Shown: positions 18,626 through 26,322, counted from the first letter of the stretch. The stretch: 64,000 bases of DNA from Leptonemataceae bacterium (GCA_965262995.1 OZ253574.1:994513-1058512); one strand, 5' to 3'. Numbers and translations are program-made. Notes: generated from the letters alone by a model not told the origin.

Positions 18626-20888
18626 ATCTACAACAGTAGAAATTTATTTAGAGTTCCTCACACAGACGGAAGAGTTAAACAAGCAAAATCTACAACAGTA
18701 GAAATTTATTTAGAGTTCCTCACACAAGTGGAAACGATAAACGCGGGCAGATCTACAACAGTAGAAATTTATTTAGAGTTCCTCACCTCACATGCCATGA
18801 CTTGTCCAAATTAATCTACAACAGTAGAAATTTATTTAGAGTTCCTCACAAATAGGTATACTGGAGAGTGAATCCACATCTACAACAGTAGAAATTTATT
18901 TAGAGTTCCTCACTAGTGTAGTGCCTAAAAGGGTCGATACGCTATCTACAACAGTAGAAATTTATTTAGAGTTCCTCACAGTGGTAGCAATGGTACAAGT
19001 CACAGATCTACAACAGTAGAAATTTATTTAGAGTTCCTCACTCTTATGAGTACGGAAGTGAGTCATCTATCTACAACAGTAGAAATTTATTTAGAGTTCC
19101 TCACACTTTCTTTTTTTGGGATCGCTGTCGAATCTACAACAGTAGAAATTTATCTAGAGTTCCTCACTGACTTGGAAGGAGAAGCGAACAGAAATATCTA
19201 CAACAGTAGAAATTTATTTAGAGTTCCTCACAAATGGCAAAAGAAATAACATTATTAAGATCTACAACAGTAGAAATTTATTTAGAGTTCCTCACCTTGA
19301 CTCTCATCTATGCTATCACTATAATCTACAACAGTAGAAATTTATTTAGAGTTCCTCACTAGAGGGGACTACAGTATAATACATGTATCTACAACAGTAG
19401 AAATTTATTTAGAGTTCCTCACTTTCGCAGAACTACTGGCAGAACTAACATATCTACAACAGTAGAAATTTATTTAGAGTTCCTCACCCAATATAAGGAA
19501 CTGAAACTCATTCATATCTACAACAGTAGAAATTTATTTAGAGTTCCTCACTGATAGAGTAAACAACATGGCTGGCAATAATCTACAACAGTAGAAATTT
19601 ATTTAGAGTTCCTCACAGCCAAATAATTCTCACCCAACCTCCGATCTACAACAGTAGAAATTTATTTAGAGTTCCTCACTCTTAGTATGCCTAGAGCTAA
19701 CGAAGCATCTACAACAGTAGAAATTTATTTAGAGTTCCTCACGGGGCATTGGACAACACAAAGAGACGCAATCTACAACAGTAGAAATTTATTTAGAGTT
19801 CCTCACGTGTTTTTTCGAATTCTAAAAATAAGTATCTACAACAGTAGAAATTTATTTAGAGTTCCTCACTATGACTGACTCAGAAGTTATTGCTTTTTAT
19901 CTACAACAGTAGAAATTTATTTAGAGTTCCTCACTGTGTTTAAGGATTCTTATAACTATGCCATCTACAACAGTAGAAATTTATTTAGAGTTCCTCACCC
20001 TGAGATGAAATATAACGTAAGAAAATATCTACAACAGTAGAAATTTATTTAGAGTTCCTCACCACCACATTAAAAGTAGAGAGTATCTATCTACAACAGT
20101 AGAAATTTATTTAGAGTTCCTCACTACAAAAAAACTTATAGAGCTAAAAAATATCTACAACAGTAGAAATTTATTTAGAGTTCCTCACTAGTAAGTGGGG
20201 TCGTTCGCAGGTGTAAAAATCTACAACAGTAGAAATTTATTTAGAGTTCCTCACTGCAACATCTACACTCAATTCAGCAATATCTACAACAGTAGAAATT
20301 TATTTAGAGTTCCTCACTTGTAAACTGTCCCACAGTTCATTTAGATCTACAACAGTAGAAATTTATTTAGAGTTCCTCACAATTACATGACGTGGAAATT
20401 TTTTAGTATCTACAACAGTAGAAATTTATTTAGAGTTCCTCACAATTACGGACCTATTGCGAATTTTAATGATCTACAACAGTAGAAATTTATTTAGAGT
20501 TCCTCACACAAAAGCAGATATTTGGAAAAGTTTGATCTACAACAGTAGAAATTTATTTAGAGTTCCTCACACACTGCCCTTAAATATAGAATTTATTGAT
20601 CTACAACAGTAGAAATTTATTTAGAGTTCCTCACATATAACATTATAGGGAAATACAATTATATCTACAACAGTAGAAATTTATTTAGAGTTCCTCACGT
20701 ATTGCTACTATTGCATTTAGTGAGATCTACAACAGTAGAAATTTATTTAGAGTTCCTCACTAGCAAAATTCTTTAGTAAAGGTGTTGGCGTTAAGATCTA
20801 CAACAGTAGAAATTTATTTAGAGTTCCTCACCCCAATTTATCTATTATAAAAATCTACAACAGTAGAAATTTATTTAGAGTTCCTCAC
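18626..20888 (-). CRISPR. type V-A CRISPR array, 36 repeats of 36 nt and 35 spacers
   Basis: Plus-strand repeat is ATCTACAACAGTAGAAATTTATTTAGAGTTCCTCAC. The transcribed minus strand reads GTGAGGAACTCTAAATAAATTTCTACTGTTGTAGAT. Spacers are mostly 26-30 nt. Exceptions are a 35-nt spacer (20761-20795) and a 21-nt spacer (20832-20852). One repeat variant (19132-19167) has TATCTAGAG instead of TATTTAGAG. Confidence 0.98.
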
Positions 20889-21067
20889 CCTATTGACAAA
20901 ATTCAAATAGGAAATTTATGACAAAAAGAAAGGTTTTACTTTCTGAACTCTTTAGAAGGTAAAATTCTTTACTTTTTAAAGACATAAACCATAAAAAACT
21001 CTATACAGTGACATAATAAAGACATCTATTTTATCGTAAAGCATATTAAGACCAAGGTTTGCAAATT
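20889..21067 (-). promoter_or_regulatory. putative CRISPR leader
   Basis: AT-rich 179-bp non-coding segment between the cas2 stop and the first repeat in transcription order. The position matches the leader of Cas12a arrays. Confidence 0.55.
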
Positions 21068-21340
21068 TTACAACATCAGTATCTCTTTATCCTCATTGGC
21101 AGCATATCCAAATCGTTGCACTTTATCAACTGCTCCAAGATGAAAAATTATTACACTATCAGCTCCTGTAAATTTTGATTTATACCTTAAGTTAATTTCT
21201 GTAATAATATTTTCTAAAACTCTTTTACTAAATTTGATTTGAAAAACTGAATACTGAATACGATGACCATACTTTAATAAAAATTTGGAAAAATGTAAAC
21301 GCACCTTATTATTTGAAATATCATAGGCCACAATCAACAT
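21068..21340 (-). CDS. cas2: CRISPR-associated endoribonuclease Cas2
   Basis: 90 aa starting 'MLIVAYDISNNKVR...IQYSVFQ', a ferredoxin-like Cas2 pattern. Directly downstream of cas1. Confidence 0.9.
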   Translation of the reverse strand: MLIVAYDISNNKVRLHFSKFLLKYGHRIQYSVFQIKFSKRVLENIITEINLRYKSKFTGADSVIIFHLGAVDKVQRFGYAANEDKEILML

Positions 21341-21349
21341 AACTATTTT

Positions 21350-22315
21350 TTATATTAGAAATCGAGGATATTCCTCCAAAGACTTATTTTTCATAAAGGC
21401 CCTATAAAAATTTTGAATATAAATAAAAATTTCTTCTTTGTATTCCATTAAAGCTTCTGCAAAAAGAAAAGTATACTTTTCACTCTTTTTATATTTCATT
21501 TCGTATTGCTTCCTTAAAAAAATAAAATCGCTTGGGTCAATTTGCTTTAAAGAAAAGGCCTTTCGTAATTTTGCATCAATGATACAACGAAATGGTTCTA
21601 TAAGATCGCAAACCAAAGATTTTCTTTCATAAAAAGGTCTATGGAAAACTCCTTTATACAAATCAAAACCATAAAGACGTAAATGACTTTCTATAAAACT
21701 AAAAAGATACGTATAACCCACATCTAAAAGTAAATTAATAATATCATGACGGGTACGAGGGAGACGACGTTGCCAATCAAATCGTTCAAAGTAGGCTTGA
21801 AAAAATTCTTTACTACAATACCCCTCCACCCCCATTAAAGTTTGATTGTCGTTTGTTTCTAAAACAAAATCTAAATTATGTTTTAATTTATTTATAGCGT
21901 TTTTTAATTTTAAACTTTTGCCACGAATGTCTTTTAAATTTTTTAATTGATTCAAAATTTTATTATGCACAATAATCTTAGAAAGTAAAAAACTTTGGGA
22001 ATGTGTATACTGCTTTTCTCTAAGTAAATAATTTCCTTCTGTTTGAGCACCCATAACACTATACACACGAAAATTACGACCCATCAACACTGTTATAAAA
22101 CCATAGCTAACAGCTTTACGCAAAAGAACACTTGTAAGGGTTGTATCCCCAATTAAAAATAAAGCAAATATCTTATAGCAGGGTACTTTATTTTCTATAA
22201 GATTTGTATCTGTCTCTCGAATAATCAAATTATCATTTGAAAATTGTAACTTTTGATTTTTCTTTCCATGTATAAAAACAATTTGCTTTTCTTTAAAATC
22301 AGGCAAGGTTAACAT
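21350..22315 (-). CDS. cas1: CRISPR-associated integrase Cas1
   Basis: 321 aa with the conserved Glu in 'LMGVEGYCSKEFF', His in 'GVFHRPFY' and acidic 'DLIEPFR'. Confidence 0.92.
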   Translation of the reverse strand: MLTLPDFKEKQIVFIHGKKNQKLQFSNDNLIIRETDTNLIENKVPCYKIFALFLIGDTTLTSVLLRKAVSYGFITVLMGRNFRVYSVMGAQTEGNYLLREKQYTHSQSFLLSKIIVHNKILNQLKNLKDIRGKSLKLKNAINKLKHNLDFVLETNDNQTLMGVEGYCSKEFFQAYFERFDWQRRLPRTRHDIINLLLDVGYTYLFSFIESHLRLYGFDLYKGVFHRPFYERKSLVCDLIEPFRCIIDAKLRKAFSLKQIDPSDFIFLRKQYEMKYKKSEKYTFLFAEALMEYKEEIFIYIQNFYRAFMKNKSLEEYPRFLI

Positions 22316-22322
22316 ATTTCTT

Positions 22323-22868
22323 TTAACAAATATCGCACAAAGGATTGTAAATACATTCTCGACACTTCCCTTCTATTTGCTGAAAAGAATCTAATAAATT
22401 AAATTTTTTAACTTGAAGCAAATGCCCTTCAAATTTTTTAATAGTGGCATCGTCGGGAATCGGAAGGTTATAGCGTTTATTATCATCTAAGGAGTGAAGA
22501 CATAAGGAATCTACACCAAAACCCATCTCTGTTAGACAAAAGTAATGCGCGTATATTTGATAAAGATAGCCTTCATATATAGTTTTAATTTTACCCTTTC
22601 TCTCAATAATTTTTTTATCTTCTTGATCATAAACATCTATCTTACCGCAAATACCATATTTTTCGGAATAAACGTCTATATTTAGCAAATAGCGATTTAA
22701 AGTGGAGTAACTCCCCTTTTCTATGCTCTCATGCTTGATTTTTCCTTGAATTTGCGAATTTCTGTGATAAAGGCGTGAGTCGTATTGCCCATAAAGTTGA
22801 TGATAATAAATAGAACGCGGACAAAAAACAAAGTCATTTAAATAAGTGATGGGTAAATACGTTTCCAC
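22323..22868 (-). CDS. cas4: CRISPR-associated exonuclease Cas4
   Basis: 181 aa with N-terminal Cys 'FVFCPRSIYY', RecB-nuclease core 'GKIDVY...IIERKG' and C-terminal Cys cluster 'CRECIYNPLCDIC' (4Fe-4S ligands). Confidence 0.9.
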   Translation of the reverse strand: METYLPITYLNDFVFCPRSIYYHQLYGQYDSRLYHRNSQIQGKIKHESIEKGSYSTLNRYLLNIDVYSEKYGICGKIDVYDQEDKKIIERKGKIKTIYEGYLYQIYAHYFCLTEMGFGVDSLCLHSLDDNKRYNLPIPDDATIKKFEGHLLQVKKFNLLDSFQQIEGKCRECIYNPLCDIC

Positions 22869-22930
22869 TTTTAAACATTTCGGTTTTCATTTACCTAAAC
22901 ATTAATATTAAGATGTAGGTGGTGGCAAGG

Positions 22931-23218
22931 TTAAGTGCTTTTATGATTTGAGGGTGGGATTAGCTTTTTGGAAGCTGAAAAAAATATTTTTTCTTTCAAA
23001 TTTGCTATCGTGACAAATTCCATCAAAGTTAAAAAATCTACGCATTCAAAATCTCCAAAGTTTTGAATGGGGCTCCTTTTGTTTTCTATTTTTTGAACAA
23101 AATTCTTGTCATATTTTTTTGCCCATGAACATACACATTGATAAGGAGTTTGTAAAAGTGCTGCAATTTCATTATAAGTATAAGCACCCTCTCCGAACTT
23201 TAATTCATAGCCTTTCAT
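22931..23218 (-). CDS. small HTH-like protein at the head of the cas4-cas1-cas2 cluster (hypothetical)
   Basis: 95 aa. 'YTYNEIAALLQTPYQCVCSWAKKY ... VDFLTLMEFVTIANLKEK' resembles MerR/VapB45-type N-terminal HTH modules. This is pattern recognition only. No Shine-Dalgarno is present, and the ATG lies 3 nt after a degenerate CRISPR repeat. Confidence 0.45.
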   Translation of the reverse strand: MKGYELKFGEGAYTYNEIAALLQTPYQCVCSWAKKYDKNFVQKIENKRSPIQNFGDFECVDFLTLMEFVTIANLKEKIFFSASKKLIPPSNHKST

Positions 23219-23220
23219 AT

Positions 23221-23256
23221 TTCTACAACAGTAGTAATTTATATAAGTCCCGTAAT
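23221..23256 (-). repeat. solitary degenerate CRISPR repeat (psi-repeat 1) abutting the HTH-like gene start
   Basis: TCTACAACAGTAG (23222-23234) matches the array repeat exactly. The handle half reads AAAUUACUACUGUUGUAGAA versus canonical AAUUUCUACUGUUGUAGAU. The distal half of the repeat is diverged. Confidence 0.8.
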
Positions 23257-23337
23257 CTTCTTAGTTAGAACTTAAAACCAAGACTATTTAAGCCGAATAT
23301 TATGTACACAATAAATTAGGCAACATTAAGTCATGCC

Positions 23338-23600
23338 CCTCCTTTGCAATATTGGCGTGATAACAAAAACCGTCTCTATAATAGCGTCGGCGATGGCGGC
23401 GACCTCAAATCTATAAGTGGCTGTTGCAATAGAGGGTCTGGTGGAGATTTTTCGGCGGGATTAAGTAGTAAGCCGTCTTTGCAATAGAAGCGACAGTGAT
23501 AGGCTGTTTTTTGGCTACAACCCGCCTTTGCAATAGAGGTGGTGTAGTCTTTTTTATTTAGCAACAACACGTATTTTTAATAGTGGCGATGTAAACGGTT
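23338..23600. repeat. GC-enriched degenerate tandem repeat (~47-54 bp unit, 5-6 copies) with TTGCAATAG core
   Basis: Cores lie at about 23344 (TTGCAATATTGGCG), 23377 (TATAATAGCGTCGG), 23424 (TTGCAATAGAGGG), 23478 (TTGCAATAGAAGCG), 23527 (TTGCAATAGAGGTGG) and 23574 (TTTTAATAGTGGCG). Inter-core segments are also homologous (TTTTTCGG/TTTTTTGG/TTTTTTAT). Confidence 0.75.
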
Positions 23601-23666
23601 TTATTTAGGCCTCTAACTTACAATTTTTTTAAACGTCTAAGTAAATCCTGTGCGTCTATTAGAAAA

Positions 23667-24011
23667 TTAGGAACCAATTGGAACACTTTTTTCTGCCTGC
23701 TCTCTATTGTAAGTGTGAGAAGTTGTGTTTCGTGCATTTAAATATGAAATCCAATCTTCAGAATCCTTTATCAATTCAAGTTTTGCTGCCTCCCTAAAAG
23801 TATCTTTGCGCGCTGTAATCTCTGGCATGTTAAAAATTTCCTTTAAAACTCTATTTAGAAGTTGTCGTGAAATATCCATTGTGATCTCGAAACATTGAAT
23901 GACCCCCATACGCCCCACTTCCATTTCTGGAATTTTTGCCTGTTCTTTTAAAACTCGACTTAAAGTATCTATTGCTTTTTCCAAAGCTTCAAAACTTAAC
24001 TTCTCTATCAT
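23667..24011 (-). CDS. HEPN-domain toxin (HI0074-family nucleotidyltransferase substrate-binding protein, HepT-like)
   Basis: 114 aa with C-terminal R-x4-H motif 'RNTTSHTY'. Directly downstream of a minimal nucleotidyltransferase gene. Confidence 0.8.
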   Translation of the reverse strand: MIEKLSFEALEKAIDTLSRVLKEQAKIPEMEVGRMGVIQCFEITMDISRQLLNRVLKEIFNMPEITARKDTFREAAKLELIKDSEDWISYLNARNTTSHTYNREQAEKSVPIGS

Positions 24012-24025
24012 AAATTATTTTATTT

Positions 24026-24352
24026 TTAACTTTTTACTTTCAACACAACTTTATCTTTTTTTATAATATTTTTAAAAGTTTCACTTATGCAAGCCCAATC
24101 CACAATATCAACCTTATATGGAAGATCAGATTCTTGAAAGGCTTCGTTTAATTCAGCGTTCGCATTTATACACAAAGGTTCTGTAGTTAAGATAGCAATG
24201 TCAAGGTCTGAATGCTTTTTGGCAATACCTTTGGCTCGTGAACCAAAGACCCAAACTTCATATTGAGGTACATGTTTTTGTAAAATTTCGTGAACTAATA
24301 GCAAATGTCTCGGTTCAATATCTATTAGGTCTGTTTTTTTTATTTCACTCAT
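24026..24352 (-). CDS. minimal nucleotidyltransferase antitoxin (MNT/MntA-like)
   Basis: 108 aa with 'VWVFGSRAKGIAKKHSDLDIAIL', the GS-x9-DxD pol-beta nucleotidyltransferase motif. Confidence 0.85.
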   Translation of the reverse strand: MSEIKKTDLIDIEPRHLLLVHEILQKHVPQYEVWVFGSRAKGIAKKHSDLDIAILTTEPLCINANAELNEAFQESDLPYKVDIVDWACISETFKNIIKKDKVVLKVKS

Positions 24353-24569
24353 ACATTAAATCTGCAATTTTAAAGGGGCTAAAATTTATATTATCTATCA
24401 GACTTATACCATCCATATATTAATCACAAAAACACACAAAAATATAAAGATACAAAGTATAAAGAAACAATAAATAAAAATAAAAATATAAAAAGTTTAT
24501 ATTTTATTCATACACCTTTACCACCTTATCTTTTAGTGGAGTAGGCTCCTATTTGTTAAAAAGAGAAAT

Positions 24570-25559
24570 TTACTTCGTTTCTAAAAACTCAAAAATTTTA
24601 TCATTACTTGGTACATCTGTGAAAGGTGAAAGATGATCTCCTTCTACAATTTTTAAAACAGTGGCTTTGTTTTTTGTTAAAAAAGTAACTTCATCTGTTG
24701 TTAAACGTCCTATAGGTCCATCATATTCTCCATAGACATACATTAGATTTTTTAAATCCTTGCTTTCTAATAATTTTGAATATCTATTTTGACCAAAGGC
24801 AGCTTGCAGTTTATTCATGTTTTTAGAACTAAAAGTCACATTTGGACCTGGGTCATGTCTTTTAAAATTTTCGCCAGTAGCATCAAAATAGCCTCCGACA
24901 CCATCCCTAAAAGCCATCCACATTTCATCTGGTGTGTCTATTCTTCCAGCCCATATAGATAACTTATCTGCAATTCTACTTATATCTGTTTTTGCTATAA
25001 GGTAAGGCATGAGGAAGGAACCAAAAGAATGCGAAATTAAATAAACCCTTTTGTTTTGTTGTTTAAACGACTCTGCCACTTTACAAGCCATGTAAGTTGA
25101 TATTTCATCGTCTTTAAATGCCCTTTCCATAGTATAATTTTTACTATATTCTGTAGTATTCCACTTCATAATGTCAGGATTAATCATTTGAGATTGATAC
25201 ACACTAGCAACAGTAAAAATGCTAGCCCATTTTGGAAGTCCTGAGTCAAAAGAACCTTGAGCAGGTGGAACAGGGATTCCTGTTATAGGACCTCCTATCA
25301 TAAACACGACAACCGTATTAGAATTAGCGTTACCACTTTTTAAGTACATATCTGATACTAAACTTGGTATTACCGTAGTCGTTGGCTCAGTACTTGTTAT
25401 TATACTATCACATGTATTCGTATTATTATTAGTGGTTGAGTCGGCATTTTTACATGTAACAAATCCAAGAACTAATAAACCTAAAGTAATAAATTGAAAA
25501 TAACTTTTCAATTTATTAACACATTCATTTTTTTTTATTGAAATATTTATTTTAATCAT
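24570..25559 (-). CDS. lipoprotein, alpha/beta-hydrolase (lipase/esterase)-like
   Basis: Signal peptide with lipobox 'LGFVTC' and nucleophile-elbow-like 'LISHSFGSF'. No closer family recognised. Confidence 0.55.
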   Translation of the reverse strand: MIKINISIKKNECVNKLKSYFQFITLGLLVLGFVTCKNADSTTNNNTNTCDSIITSTEPTTTVIPSLVSDMYLKSGNANSNTVVVFMIGGPITGIPVPPAQGSFDSGLPKWASIFTVASVYQSQMINPDIMKWNTTEYSKNYTMERAFKDDEISTYMACKVAESFKQQNKRVYLISHSFGSFLMPYLIAKTDISRIADKLSIWAGRIDTPDEMWMAFRDGVGGYFDATGENFKRHDPGPNVTFSSKNMNKLQAAFGQNRYSKLLESKDLKNLMYVYGEYDGPIGRLTTDEVTFLTKNKATVLKIVEGDHLSPFTDVPSNDKIFEFLETK

Positions 25560-25806
25560 TTTATTTTGCTCCCTACTATTTTCTAAAATAGTTTTTATCT
25601 ATTAGAAAATTTTGACTATATTTTGTAAAGATAAAATCGATAAATTATTAATAAAAAAATAATCTATAAATAGTTGAAGTAGCGTGGTGGTGGTTGTGGT
25701 GGTGGTGGTGTTTCGCTAAACCCGATTTTAGCTCGTCCTGCCTGCCCTGAGCAAAGCGAAGGGATCGACAAAAAAAGGCGGGGAGGGGCGATTTTCTTGG
25801 CTAAAT

Positions 25807-26322
25807 TTATTTTGTATAAATTGTGGCTTTACCATCATCTTCTCTATATATACTTGTAATTTTTCCTTTAAATGGCAATAATTCGCCTTTTTTATACTTA
25901 CCCGCCTCAGCCTCACTTTTAACTATTTTTATGATTTTAATATCATGAACTTTTGTTTTATTTTTTGTTTCTGATAAAATACAACTATGAGTATCGTATT
26001 TTAGATGCTGGGTAGTCGTAGACTTATCTTTTGAATCTTCGATTTTTGCAGAGGTGGTTTTACTTGAATCTTTTGTGACATCGCCGTTTTCTTTTGCAGT
26101 ATATTTATCAACTTCATCAACACTATCTACACCTTGAGAACTTTCATAGTCAATACTATCGTTTTCATATATATTCTGTTCGCAGCTGTCAGGAACATGT
26201 ATTTTAAATTCTAATTCGTAATTACCAGTGTAAGTAAAACAATTTTCACAAGCCACCAATATGAGTGCTGAAACAAATCTCACAAAAATACTATCATAGT
26301 CTATTTCACCTTTTTTAAACAT
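25807..26322 (-). CDS. hypothetical lipoprotein
   Basis: 171 aa with lipobox 'LILVAC', an acidic Ser/Asp-rich middle and a Lys-rich C-terminal domain. Confidence 0.5.
   Translation of the reverse strand: MFKKGEIDYDSIFVRFVSALILVACENCFTYTGNYELEFKIHVPDSCEQNIYENDSIDYESSQGVDSVDEVDKYTAKENGDVTKDSSKTTSAKIEDSKDKSTTTQHLKYDTHSCILSETKNKTKVHDIKIIKIVKSEAEAGKYKKGELLPFKGKITSIYREDDGKATIYTK

Noticed and set aside
18608-19878. Three ORFs in the track (18608..18814, 19046..19249, 19687..19878) with the recurring peptide 'STTVEIYLEFLT' / 'IYNSRNLFRVPH'
   Set aside because: They are translations of the CRISPR repeats in different frames. The periodic identical peptides separated by unique segments are an array artefact, not genes.
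18473-21067. Search for a tracrRNA anti-repeat in the leader, the array-cas12a gap and the cas gene flanks
   Set aside because: Outside the array and the two same-orientation relics, I saw no segment complementary to the repeat. This fits the tracrRNA-independent type V-A mechanism.
23376-23570. 64-aa ORF on the minus strand inside the tandem repeat
   Set aside because: Its sequence periodicity mirrors the DNA repeats. It has no SD sequence, is Pro/Leu-rich low complexity, and has atypical composition. It is probably non-coding.
23338-23600. Possibility that the TTGCAATAG repeats form a second, degenerate CRISPR array
   Set aside because: The segments between the cores are themselves homologous between units (TTTTTCGG/TTTTTTGG/TTTTTTAT, ...CAAC). 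The whole ~49-bp unit is therefore repeated and there are no unique spacers.
25584-25604. Partial similarity between the 21-nt leader-proximal spacer (20832-20852) and the hydrolase gene upstream region (TTTATCTATTAGAAAA versus TTTATCTATTATAAAA), suggesting possible self-targeting
   Set aside because: Only about 15 of 18 positions match, in low-complexity AT-rich sequence. There is a mismatch in the PAM-proximal seed, and no TTTV PAM lies at the required position (AAAA precedes the protospacer strand).
25728-25916. 62-aa ORF overlapping the 3' end of the lipoprotein gene and the GC-rich island
   Set aside because: It overlaps a better-supported CDS and has no SD sequence. Its C-terminus simply reads through the GC-rich non-coding patch.
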